Below, one piece after another: positions 39,096 through 53,030 of a stretch of DNA of 64,000 nt (position 1 is its first letter; each line of letters opens with the position of its first letter). Both the position numbers and the translations under genes were made by a program. The stretch is from assembly GCF_964355755.1 (NCBI RefSeq), contig NC_092671.1:7750001-7814000 (forward strand). The letters run 5' to 3'. The notes under the pieces are model-generated. The model saw only the letters and a program-made list of their open reading frames with translations. It searched no databases and was not told where the DNA came from. Origin of the DNA: Antedon mediterranea. Its lineage: Eukaryota; Animalia; Echinodermata.

Positions 39096-42000
39096 TTAGA
39101 AAGATGATGAGTTGAGAGGATGTCGACTTGGCGTTAATCGTGATTCTAAAGTTGGTAAACCAAGTGAAGATGGACTGGTATGCGAGTGTCCACTACACCC
39201 ATGATGTACAACACACGGGGTTGGCACTGCAGGGCTAGGGAATATGATACTACTTGTGCTACTACTGGACGGGCTAGTTGTATGCTCGGTGGTTGGTGGT
39301 CCGGCGACTGGAAGCTGAGGGTAGGGATAAGACAGACATCGAAGTATCTCAGCTCTACTGCGAAGTTGCATGGCATAACTGCTGTATAGGTCTGTTGTCG
39401 CTGGACTTGGGTGTAGGCCAGGATAATAGTGAAATGCTCCTGTGGCTGATGGGGTGAATGGGGGTCTGGCTGCAAGTAGCATTGAGTAGAGGTGGGGATC
39501 AAGGTGATGGTGTGGCCATCCACATGTCATCGACATCCTTTGTCGCTTGTCCTTCATCCGCCGGTTTTGAAACCATACCTTACAAAGAAAAAATTTAAAT
39601 ACTAATTAAACACATCAGAGTGTGCTTAAATATTGCAAGATTCACTGAAATAAACAACCTGTGAAACATATCGTTGTTATTTTTACTAAGGAAGAGAAAA
39701 ACACTTCCCAGTATATTTGAGCCATGGAGGTAGTTTGAGCCCCATGGCCAAAATATCCGTAAAACCATACAGTCGTTCGTTTTGTTTTAAGAACTGGAAC
39801 GGTTGTTTATTAAAAAATTTTAGTTTACATTTTGCCTTATTTTAGAAGTTTAAGTTGATATGATAAAATACATTTAACACTGAATTACAATAAACAGCAC
39901 TCATTACACCGCTTTTTATTAAGCCTTGTAAATATAGTTATAAATATAAATCCACATTTTAATGGTAAAGACTAACTAAGCAAGCTAACCCTTAACACAC
40001 ACAACAATGGAACATGTTAAAATGGTAACTGATATCAGAACAGGAATTGCACTTGAAACAAAATAACGACCATAAATTATGTTATTATTAGAATCTATTA
40101 ACTATTGTGATAACTTCGGTAATGACGGTTGATTGTTCTAAAGCACCGTAGAATTCTGGCTAATTACACGTACACGTGCCACTAGCCAATCTCTTCGCAC
40201 AGCTAGTGGCACTTTGATATGAAACCCTTATCAACTACTTCGTCGAATTTAAGATCCTTGGCATTAACAAAGTCAATTAGCCTAAGAAGTACGAGAGTAA
40301 GTTTTGAACGTTCTGGGGGTCAGACAAAGACGAATAATTTATAACACACATCTGACAATGTACTAAGAGCTGTCTTGCTTTAGTGAATTCAATTATTTAA
40401 TTCTAGCATTTTACACCACAGTCCTTATTTCAAATTTAAAATTTACCAAGCATCCACTGAGCAAGCTACGGTATGTCATCACAAGATGAAATCATACTTT
40501 CTATAGCCCTGGGCTTAATTGGTGAAATTAGTGTATTCCATTTTAAAAACATGATTTGTAAAAGAAAAAAAAATTCCAAAAATGGAGAAAACTGTATGCC
40601 TAAAAAACACCCCTCTAATAATATTTAATTAGAATTATGTTATTTAAGTAATCTTCGGCCATGATTTGATTCAAACGTTATTTATCTAATTTGATCACAT
40701 GGACGAATCACATGATACTATCATATATTGTATATATTAAAAAAGAAAAGAAATTTTAGTACGAAACTATCAACAAATTAAACTATAAGAAAACTAATGA
40801 AATGATCAATGAAGAGGATAACTGAATATGCAAAACTTGAACATGATAGTTCATCAGAGAAAGAGACAACATGTTTGCGCACACGTACACATTTCGTATG
40901 ATTTAACAGCTTTTAAATGCACGGGTCAACGTTTGTGTCACTGAATAATTGTATGGGACTTGTGACAAACAAACCATTAATTATTATTATTCGTCAGATC
41001 AACTATACACCTTCCGTTTCAACGTGCTTTTTTCTATTATGTTGCGTATAACATAAATTACATTATTCGATATCATGAGGTGGCCTTTTAGAAACGTCTT
41101 TATTATAGTCATTATGAAACATGATGGTACTAATACCTATAACGACTGATAATGCATAACGCCTCAGGTTTGACCAAAGACAGGCGGTGACATGCACCTT
41201 ATACTATCTTTATTACCGCCACGGGCAACCTAAACTAAATCTATAACGAACGAGAGTATTTTATTGGCTTATATACATACTAAGCACCATATTAAAAACA
41301 ATATTACAGTAAATTAATTATCATAATCGTAATGAACGACATAATAATTGAAGTATATGTTAGAGCTTGTCTCCGCTTTCTTCTATTCTATTAAAACGCG
41401 TGTGATGAAAAGGTTTCGTTAACGAATATATATTTCTCTGTTGTTTTATAATTATACACTAGTGTATGATTATATTATTTATAGAATAAAAAGGCAAAAT
41501 AGATACTAAAAAATCATGTTTATCGTTATTTATAACTTTGATGTTTTTTTAATTATCAAAAAGTTATGATATTGATCACAATGAAGAGCTAGTGTTGCAC
41601 GAAAGCTCTGCTAATTTTTTTGGCTGTTTTACTTTATCGTTTTGATTTAGCTTTTTGCTTATTTTATTTTGTATCCCCATTGAGATCCACCCATTGATAT
41701 CCACAGCATTGTCATTTTTCCCCAGTAAATTGCCTTTGGATTAATATTGATCACAATGATATTATATTTGTAGACCTGATGATCGGAATCATAACATTGG
41801 AATGGATGGGCATAAATTAAATCACAAAAAAAACACACCCCGTTTTGTTGTGATATTGGCCGCCCTACTACAAATTGCTCAAATTAAATGTTATTTCTTT
41901 TTTACCTCTTTGGTGGAGGTTTCCCACATTTATTCTCAAATGCATAAACTATATATACAGACTAAATAAAATAGGGTTAGTACACTATCTATCTTCCATT

Positions 42001-44441
42001 ATATTACTTTTCTATAAATTTTTTTAATTTTTTTTCTAAACAGCATTTGCATGAACATTTTCTCTTTTTTTATTTTATTTCTTTGTCAATGTATTGTTAT
42101 TAGTTTACTTTTATTATTTGGAGGCGTAATTTGAATAAAATGTTATTTGTAGAAAGTGCGAAACACTTATAACAGAACATGATAACCTCAGAAAAGTAGG
42201 TCTATTATGTGTATGTTAACGCCAATACAAACACTTGTTAGAGAATATTAATGTAAAACAATATTACCAGATATTAATGAGTATGTGTCAACAAGAAAAA
42301 GAACTATCAATCTATTCATTCCAGAGATAACATTATTATTGGCACTTTTGTGGTATTTAATTAGGCCAATATATTAATTTTCTTTTGTGCTTTATATCGA
42401 TTCGTTAAGTTTTTATTTTTGCACTATGTATATTCTACAATCAAAATAATTTTATTGCACCACATTACGAATTAATATTATTGTTAATCATAGATAGCAT
42501 ATTTGAACATCCTTTTAGTATTTATTGTCATGAATTTCTTCGAATTAATTTGCTTATTATTATGTTAGTATTATAGTCATAATTTTGTTAATTAAATAAC
42601 GGTATTCATTCACGTGCATGAACAAATCATTGTCGTATTTTTATATGTGTTTATCGTGTATTGTAGGTCCCTATAAATAATTTAATTGTATATTAATATG
42701 CATATAAATGTTATTTTTATTCCACAATCATGATATTGGATTAGGCCTAAATATGTTTTATATGGTAGCCTAAGGAACGTTACTCTTCGCCCACACTTCC
42801 TTGCCAAGATGTCATTTAGACAAGAATGGTTGCTAGGTATAAAACAAGGGTAACACACCAAATACAGTACTTCATTCCAATCAAAGTATCAGATTTTAAA
42901 TCGTTATGTCATTGAAAAAAGGGACATGTCCTTCCTACAATAAGTCTAAACCAGTGATGTGTTAATGAAGTTGTTATTCAAATTATATTATTTAAAAGAT
43001 CGAGTCCAAAAACTGCCCATGATGATTATTATCACTTATTGTGACATAGGGACAAACACCTTGCATGTGGCCAACGTAAACATTTGAATTAAAAACAAAA
43101 TCAACTAGAAAACTATGTATTAATCTATAAAAATACTACTTTTCTTATATTATTCTCATTTCTTTAACCAATTTAAAACATTGTGAAACATGTATGCAAA
43201 CAATAAGAATCATAGAAACTGTGTATTGAGAGTTTGAACATTTGTGCATGTTAAACAACCTTGTTTTAAAGATATATACAAGAAAAAGAAAAGGAAGCAA
43301 ATAATTATAACTTTTCCAGTCTATAACAAAATTTGAACAAGATTCGTTTGAGGATCGAGATTTTAGAAATTGTAATAAAACTAAATATAATTCGTCTGGA
43401 TTTTTTATTCTAAAATAACAGATAGAAGAAAAAAGGAAAAAGAATGCTATACATAGATAGGTATAGTACCGGTACCGTTTAAAGCAATTACATATTTGTA
43501 TGAAGAATTGGAGTAGTATTTTGCTGAGGACATTATTATTAAATTACATTGGTATGAAAAATTAACAAGTTAACATTATCTACCTTAATAGTTGTCTCTG
43601 GAAGGTTGAGAGAGGCTGCTAGTTCACATCTTCGTGGTCTTGATACATAGTTCTCACGGCAAAATTCCTTTTCTAGCCGCCCGATCTGCTCCCTTGTAAA
43701 CGCTGTTCGATAACGCCTAGGCTGCCCATCTAGTAGATCACTTGCTGCAACAGAATTTACACAAAACTTGCTAACTTTTGAATCCATTTAAAGTTGTATA
43801 TTGTATAAATTTAGCCCTTTTGGTTATCACAAACCTTCTTAAGAAACTTTAGTAATCAAATCTGACAATTTTTTAAGGACAAACTGTTGAAATGTTGGTT
43901 GTAATTGTTTGAGTATTCAAATGAGACATAATTCTATATTTGGTATACGATGTAATAATGAGTTTGACATTCACTTTTTTAAGAACCCGAACGAAAGAAA
44001 ACCACGAAGAAACGAAAAACCTGCATCGAGATTCTACGATGAACACTTTAAAAACGATTTATCATTGATAAAATCTAAAGTGGGCGTTTATGTAATTACT
44101 ACTTAAACAATTATACATCAATTAAAATAATTATTTTACACCAACGCATATTTATAAACTTAATTTTCATGAGTTATGTTAATTCAATGTGTACTAGAAA
44201 AGCCACATGTTGGTGTAACAAGAGATTTACTCGTGATTATGTGGAAAAATGATTTAAAATACATTAATGAGTATGTGATCATTAAAGATACGCCAATGTG
44301 GTCTAACCAAAATGGCTTAATTACTATTAAAGTATTTGTAAATTAGTGAATTCCAAAGAAAAAAGAATTAATTTGAGAAAATAATGATTCGTTGAGAATA
44401 ATTTAAATGATATCAAATAATTATATATTTTCAATGTCGAT

Positions 44442-44538
<97 letters not shown>

Positions 44539-45757
44539 TAGATTAAAGATCTAGACTAAATTTGGATTGAAACATTAAAAATTGTTATTTATTATACACC
44601 AGTAGGCCTAGGTAAAAACAAATATATAAATCAACTATTATATTAAATGCTTTAAGTTTTATGAAGTAGCTTTAAGTTTTATGAAGTAGCTATAAAAATA
44701 ATAATATTTAATGAAAGGAATGATCATTTAAAAAATTTGTTAGGGAATCGTGATCATAACAGATATCTATTAGCCCTACATTTTATTTGCGATGTACATA
44801 AAACTGGAATTTTGTTCCCCAAAACATTCTATAATGTCATCATAACACAACTGTTTGTATAATATTAGTAGGCCCAAGTACAATTGTCTGAAGTTATTAA
44901 TAAGCCATTACCTTTTGTATAATATACGTTTCCTATTTTTACTTTCTCAAAACATTATTTACAAACTCTCAAAAACAGGGAAAAAATAAAAATAGCAAAT
45001 CAATAGAAAAGTGATTGAATAAGTATATCACAAGATGACAACTTTTGTTTTCTCTCACACAAATGTAAAAATATATTTTTATTATGCAGGAAGATTGAAA
45101 TATAAATATGCATTTTGAACATTCTAGAACTTACGGTACAGTAATATTTCGTATTACAGCTTTTCTATTAATGATAAGTATCGATATAGGTCTTTGGACA
45201 ATATTCAATAAGCTGTAACAAATTGTAGGCCCTACTTAGATAGTTCTAGAATCAGTTTTTAACATATAGAAGTGGTAAACTATTTTGTACTCACCTTTTA
45301 AATGTTGAGATGATAACTCTGAGTTGTTATTATCAATATTTGTTTTAAGTACATCTGAATCATCATAATTAAGTTCCAGTTGTTTCTGTTTACAAGCGTG
45401 TGTCTCTGTCATAAAGTCCGATTCAGAGATATTCGAGTTGGTTTCAGAAGCGTCCAAGATAACCGAGCTAGGGGAAGACCTTGGAGATTCAAGAGGGCAC
45501 GGTAGCCTAGGGTCGGTGTCCAGGTACACAGGCATCGGGGCGACTACTGGCATTGGAGCTGGCTGTGGTGGCGGTGAATCCAAGAAAGGTCGATGTAAAA
45601 TCGGAGCTGACATAACTGTGCCTTTAGACTGGGACGTTGGCTCAATTATTTTTTTGTGTGCTTCTCGTTCCCGTGTTTCTGAAATTCTCCAGCCAGAAGT
45701 TTCTTTAAATTTTAATGTTTCCTTTGTTAAAGTAACCTGTCCAATACCATCCGACAT
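39096..45757 (-). CDS. EVX: Even-skipped homeobox protein (Evx), about 368 aa, 3 exons
   Basis: Exons 45757-45295 (phase 1, donor GTGAGT), 43744-43584 and 39578-39096, total 1107 nt. Homeodomain [46 protein letters not shown]|[14 protein letters not shown] is diagnostic of Evx, with the intron before VWFQ. It is followed by the Evx-type WPH..DP.LY motif and a Pro/Ser-rich tail. The start codon (first in-frame ATG, MSDGIG) is the least certain part. Confidence 0.96.
41585..41743. mobile_element. 159-bp insertion flanked by a 16-bp direct repeat, in Evx intron 2
   Basis: ATATTGATCACAATGA at 41569-41584 and 41744-41759. A second homologous copy of the interior (GATTTAGCTTTTTGCTTATT...CCATTGAGATCCA) lies at about 36652-36790. 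Confidence 0.7.
44445..44535. repeat. (AT)n microsatellite, about 45 units, Evx intron 1
   Basis: Directly visible. Confidence 0.97.
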
Positions 45758-48700
45758 TGTCCTGACTCTTTTAAAAATTATCTTGTATCTCGTAACGATT
45801 ATCGTTAAAAAGTTGGAAAAATGTTCCAAATTTGTGCGTTTTATTGTTTAAAACCCTAATCAAACTTTGGTAAAAAAGTAAAATAATTCGTTAGATTTAT
45901 TCCAAGTAAAGCGGTTGAATTTATCGTTATGCGTAACACAAGTCAACTCGGGAAGTGTCGATGCTTCGGCGCTTTGACTCATAAGTGAGTGTATTCAACG
46001 AATCTCTACCGTAATAATGGATTTAGTTATAGAGTTTCAGAAGACAAAGTCAGGTCCCGCGAGAGTCATTTAGCCAATGCTGGAATATACACAGGCATCG
46101 CACAATTCGCAGACGTAATTATAAAACTCAATACATACTTTGTAAGATGAGTTGAAAAAGCGACCCCAACGATTAAGGTTGTTTTAGTTGAGCCCATTGT
46201 TGTAAAGGGATTGTTCGCCATACGTAACAATACAAATCTTTAGTGCGGGGCCCTTGATGTTCATCATAGCACCTTTGTAATTCACCGAATTCTTTAAATG
46301 GAATGATGAGTTTTATTACCTAATTACATTAAGTACCTATTGAGAAGGTTCGATAATTATATTTTCGCTTTTGTGCCAAACATTGATTAGTGTCGCTTGG
46401 AATCCGCACCCCGATCCAATAGTGGACCAGTATCAAAAGTCACCATTAAAATCATATTTTTTAAGTAAAACAAAAGAAATTACAACAGTTTTCATGCAAG
46501 AAAATAATATTTTCACACGTCCAATCAAATTACGCCAAGGTTATATAAGAGCAATAATATCGTGACGACAAAACGATTTTATTTTTCTTATTGATCATGA
46601 CGTCATTTAATTGGATTAATATTTTTTTTTTATTTTATTATCAAAGACCGCATAAATGGTTATCATTTCTAATTTCTAAAATGTATATTTATCTATAGTT
46701 ATCTTCCAATGTTATTGTACTATGGGGTGTGTAGCAGCCTTTTAAAGAGTAGCAATGTTGAGAATGAATTTATTTATATATAATACATCAATTCAATTTT
46801 TGTTTACTACAGCATCGATGGAATACCGGTTACCATTTTGTAGGCCCTACGCATTGGAAATACTGAGTGTCATAGTGCGTTAAGTTATGTAATTTTTGGT
46901 ACCGTTACTTTTATTTCTTGTATATGTTAACGGATGAAATCAAAAATACTTTTAAATGACGTCGTATGACAACATACATACAAATTTAGAAACGAAATAT
47001 TAGAAATATTCCTAAATATTAAGATTAATAATTAAGATTAAAAAATAATTAGATAAACTTACCAAAAATTTCCTGTAGCTAAATTTACAAATGGAATTAA
47101 GATATATCAATTATATATATATATACATCTATCCATTATACATATATCTAGCCATTATACCCAAATCACTGATAAAAATAGTGGGTGTATGTTTTTCAAA
47201 ATACATTCAACCTGCAGGCAGAAATGATGAATATCAGTTTAATAGCCTCATAGAAAGCATTCATTAGCGGTATCTGAAATAAAAAAAAATGATATAATAC
47301 TGGTAGTTAGGCTTAGTTCCTGTAATGTTACCGTATGTGTTGGTCTCTGCTTCAGCGACACACAACAGTGTGTTCCCTCCCTATAGCTCTCGATGCGAAC
47401 GCATTTATTTTTCTATGAATATTATTTACTCGAGGTAGTGTTTTCCAGTGTTTATGCTATGATTAGCATATTGGGCCGTGAAGTGGTACAGGTCGTTTCA
47501 GTCCAAGTATTTAGTGTTTTGAATTAACCGTTTTTCTGCAGATGCTAAATGGTAAAGTTATAAATCTTACACTGCCGGATGTACATTGCAACGGATAGAT
47601 TTTAAGGTAAGCTGACTAAAAATCGGAAAATAGGACGGTTTGGAGTGGCTTCTTCATCATACCTTCTTATAACAGTGATTACAAACTCTATGGACACCTG
47701 CCATGTAGTAGAGTAACCCGTCATCCTACCGGGCTTAATTACTTATAGGCACGAACGTGCTCAGTCGCTAACTTGGTACTCCCCCAAGCGTTGCAAGTCC
47801 ACGTGTAGATACAGAAAGTTTAATACATATAGATGAAATGAACTAACTTTACTTGCGACCAACTGCTTGTGGATTGTAGCAGGCACCGTATTATTCAACT
47901 GATTCGGTTGATAATACCGGAGGAAAGCTATAGTTAAAAATGTTAAAGCACACATAGTCTGAAAATGGAAGGAAGGAAGACACATTATGTAATAATAATG
48001 CAGTAGATTTAGTTCTAGGCTTAATTGACCAGAAAGTCGAACAGAATCATCGATCAAAACATCATAAACATATTATCATGCATTATAGAATTAAATCTGT
48101 ATCATAAAAATCAACATACGTCTAAAGTAACACGGATGAAAGGAAAGTAATTGGTTAAGGAATTTGTTTAGAATGAACGAAACATTATAAAATGTAACAA
48201 TATTAATTCTTTTGCAAGTATTCTCATTATGAAAATGAATAATGTTTTCCGAAAGCTGGTCACTTCTTTCTGGTTGTTATCGTTTTTATGTGAATTTTCC
48301 ATTTTTTAATATTAGTTTTTGTGTTAATATGCCTAAAGAGGACAAAACATGAACAATAAAGATTAAACAAACATCGACACATCGACTCGATCATTTTAAT
48401 TTTGCCCCCCCCCCCTCCCACCAAAAAAAAAAACAAGAAAAAAAAACAATGTATAAACAAATATAACAAGGAAAGACAAAAATTAAGTAAATTTATTCTT
48501 TCTTCTTTCCTGATTAGATACAACGACTTCAGTCAATGGGCATCCGATTGTTTTTTTTTTCTTTAAATGGCGGTTTTATCAGGTAATTATTTTTCCTCAT
48601 TCAATATTTGTTCAAACTTAAAAATTATTTTGTGACATTTAAATGTCCTATTCAACAATTTCTTTAATCCTTTTATTTTTATACAGTAATTTCTTGTTTT

Positions 48701-51700
48701 ATCTTTGTTTCATCGTATAGGCCTACTCATCTTCTCATATGAAACTGCGCAAGTACGGTAATGGTTCAGTTAATAAATAACATAATTTATCTTTCCAATT
48801 TCTCTAACTTGAACCCACTTGTGTGTATCTATCCAATTTCGCTGAATTTCACAGTATATATATTTTAACATCATCGTATCTCGCTCAAGCCTCGTGAATG
48901 TGAATTTAAATAAATTTCTAATATCTATCTATTATCGACAAGATATAACATCTCCTTGCTATCATTAAATTAATTTTAAATTGATCAAATTCAAATGCTA
49001 GTCTCTAGCTTGTCAAATAGTTTGTTAACGTAAACTGTATAGCAACATAACGATACTTAAGGGAGTATTATTGAACTTGTATTTTGATCACCATAACAAA
49101 TCCACAAAGGTGTGCCGAGAGTTGTTTTAAGTATTCCATTGTCGGGGACTTTTGAGAGCGTTTTGTTTAAAAACGGAAATTAATCTTTTGTTTTATGTTT
49201 TATTGCGTCTATTATACGATCTCAACATTTTATTTCTTAATTAATTACATCCTTTTTTAATCAAGTACTAATCACATTGTGTGACGGATACATTTTTTGT
49301 TTGTGTGTTTAATCCTAGTTAACAGCTTTTTTTTATATGCATGGTTATTTGTTTTCAGTGCACTTCGTTTTAGTTTAGTTCATGTAAATCCCCTCATTGT
49401 ATACAAACAAATACAAAATTTAATTCGTAAATTAACATCCGTGTAAATGATGTATTTTCCTATATATTGTATAAGAATCAGAAGTACCAGACCTCCCTTT
49501 GTTTTCAGTTGCTCTTTTAGCCACCGCAATGGTACAAAATATTACAAAGGTAAATTTAATTACCTAATTAACACAATCTTTTCGTGTGAATACATTTTTT
49601 GTTTGTTTACATCTTGCTATCAGTGCGATTTAATTTGTGTTCGTCTAAAAATTGTATAGGCCTAACCATTTACAGTCGGCGGCGTAATTTTCTATTTTAT
49701 TTCGGAGTTTGATTTATATTATAATTACGTAACACAAATTGTATATGATATTGGAATGAAAGTTCTACGTGCTGTAAGTTTGTATATGATATATTATCTT
49801 TCTAAAAATTAATTTGAAAAAGCTCTCCTTATTTTTTTGTTTCGTTTTTCAATGATGATGTTAGTTGGATTTCCATCGATAGTTAATGAATGAACTTTGT
49901 CAACACACGGTGCAATGATTTGGTGCAATGCGTTGACAATTTCATCATTGTCAACTAAATATATAAGCTATAGTTTTTAATTCCATTCATTTTGTTTCTC
50001 AGAGTTGCTTTCAAAGATATTTTCTGGTAAATTGTAAATTGTAAAGTTTGAATTACTGACATGACAGTATAACTCATGCATAGCGTGTCCCAAATCATGG
50101 ACGTGTTTCAACAATAATACAGCCTTATGAATAGGCCTACATGATTATAAACATTATGGGGAAAGGTAATTACCGTAATTTATATCTTTAGTAATGATAG
50201 TAATTTCGAATGCAACTTAAAAAACTCTAATAAACTGTGTTGGCATTTCAGGAGTTAATTTTCGTATTGCCAAAATCGTATTTCAATCAGAATAATTTTC
50301 ATTATATATGTTGGCCTATTTCCACTTAAACATTACATATCGCTTAATGTTACGTTGTGGAAAAAATGTTTTTATATTTTGCATATGATTTCAATATAAA
50401 TATTGATATATATAATCTGGTCATATCCGTTTTCAATGAGACGTACTAGTTTTATTTGCTTGCTTTGACTCTGGAATGCACCAGCACAGAATCAAGGAGT
50501 TATTCCATTTTCGTCGAGGAAAAAAAACTAAAGAGATGATAAACGTTAATATGAAGTAATTTCTTAAACCAACTAAAACCTGTCGTTGAAGTAGAATATG
50601 CGTTGCATTGCTCTACTCTGTAGACATCGCGTCTCTTCATCGACCATTATGCACGGTGCTCACGGGATGGAGTTTATAATTTACACGAGTATGTAGTATT
50701 AATTCCTATTGCCTAAACTAAAGCCATTTAGATAGCAAGAAACATACATTTAACGATAACTAATTTGACATTTAATTAGCTGATCCCCTTATCGCACCCA
50801 TTAGCTGTATCTAAGTAGCCAACAGCAGTGAACGTAGACAATACTGAACTATCCGAAAGCATGATAATAATATTTATGAAGGACACTAGCATAAAATAAT
50901 CAAAGCCGAAGATAGGTGTCTCTGTGCATTTATATAATATAATCATGACTGCTCGTTAAATTGGTTTTAGTGTGCCATTTCGTTATTCACATGCTAGTAT
51001 AAAAAAGTGTCTATACGGTAGCAATACCAATACTTAATGTTGTTGCATCTATGCGTATACCTTTTGCGTCATGACAATACCGTGTACTGTTGGGCCCCAA
51101 ACCATGGGCGTGGTCGGGCATCATACACGTCCTACTAACAAACATTGCTGGAAAACGTTGATCAGTTAAAGTAATACAATGTAATTTCGATGCGAAAGTA
51201 CGATTTGTATTTCAAAAGAAATTTTTAAGCAACATTTCTGTTACTTGGGTAAGGTACCGTAGCCCTACATGGTATCAATTCGGAAAGTAGTATATGGTCT
51301 CTTTCTGAATAAATACCAATGAATAGAACCGAATATATTCGAGGTATTTCTTCAAATTAAGCCTAATGACAATGTTTTCCATATTGAATTCACCGGTCAT
51401 TTAATGGGCTCAATTCGGTACCGATTTAAAATCTTGTGAAATTGGCAAACTTTCGCCTACGAAGGAAAATCCCCACAGTAAACCAACTCCCCAACTCGTT
51501 ACTACCTTGAACTAACAAGTTGTGTATATATCGATATCCATATATCAAGATATAACGACTTCTTTCTCTGAGATGATGCAATTATAAAGAAATATATTCC
51601 ATAAAACGTCTCCAGGTTCATATAATATTCATTAGTGCGGCTATCCTATTAAGTAATTTTACTTAAGTAATTACTTGAGTAAATCAGATAACAAGTAATA

Positions 51701-52871
51701 AAATCACATCACTCTTCCAAGTATCTATATACATTTTCTTATATTTTATACCCGTCGGCAAATGCATAATTAAAATTGACAATCATTAGGCAGCTATGAC
51801 AACATAAGTACGCAATGTTTGTCTAATATGTTTTCTTTTTATGAGTTTTTAAGGTTGTTGTGTGATGGAATTCGAAAGGATTAATAGAGTAGACGTAGTT
51901 GGTGGCGTCAGGCCTGTCTGCAGAACAAAGCCGAATTGATTATTATTGATATGAGAAATATACATTTTAATAATATTGAAATTATTATTGTAATATTAAT
52001 GTTGGTTGGAGAGGTCTAATAGGCCTAAATATCTTCCATTTATTATGAAATAATATTGTAATTGAAAAAAATGATTACGTTTCTTTTCGTTTTTGTAATA
52101 ATTAGGGCATTTGTTGTTATAGAACAGACAAATCTATCCATTTATTGAGTTAAAGTATAAGAGTAAAATAATATTCGCTTATAACGAAATACAGATGGTA
52201 GGTCTACAGTTAATCAATCTGTATCGAGATGATAACTTTCATAAAAGATATTCACTAAGAACATATTGCAAAACATATTTTTAATTATTAAATCATTATT
52301 TGGGAATTGTTTGGTAAAGTTTATCAGTAATATTGTAAGGTACTAAAAATATTTTTTATTTATCATTTTTAGTAAAAGCATTATTTAAACCAAGTAAAAT
52401 TATTCGCTTTCACAATTAATATACGGAATCCAAGAACCTCAAAAATACAGTACTCCAGCCATGCATCAAAATGTTAGCATAAATCTTCTAATATAGTCAT
52501 TATCACCTTTTACTGTTAAAATAAACATATGTGTATGTAATAAAATACAACTATCACTATAATGTTAAGAACGCTCGATCATAATAGGAAATACTATCAA
52601 TTGTAAATTTGGTTGACAAATTTCTTTGTAAACTTGGTGAATTAAACGAATAAACAAGTTTCACCCATTTAACGGCAACCTTTTGAACAGTTCAGTAAAT
52701 TCGTCTAAATGTACAAAAAATATAAACTTACAATGTTCACTCGCACGATGCACGAATTACGTCATGAATACATTTACCTATTTTCAATTTTCAATATTGA
52801 CATATTATTCTGGGGGTGCGAACAAGAGTTGATATTGTACGTACGCGCGCGCACAATAAACGTCACAAATG

Positions 52872-53030
52872 GTCTGTATATCTACACTATCAAACTTTAT
52901 ATGACAAAAAATGTGATGTGCCCATATAAATGGACACAATGATGTCATATCACTAACATATCTGGGCATATCACTACCATATTTGGGTATATCACATTTT
53001 TTTTGTCAAACTAGTTTGATAGTGTAGACA
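52872..53030. mobile_element. Harbinger-like MITE family A copy
   Basis: TCTACACTATCAAACT...GTCAAACTAGTTTGATAGTGTAGACA with the same interior as 32908-33067. Confidence 0.8.

Noticed and set aside
39146-45851. ORFs 39146-39523 (-), 39180-39389 (+) and 45438-45851 (+) overlapping Evx exons
   Set aside because: Alternative-frame or antisense shadows of GC-richer Evx coding sequence.
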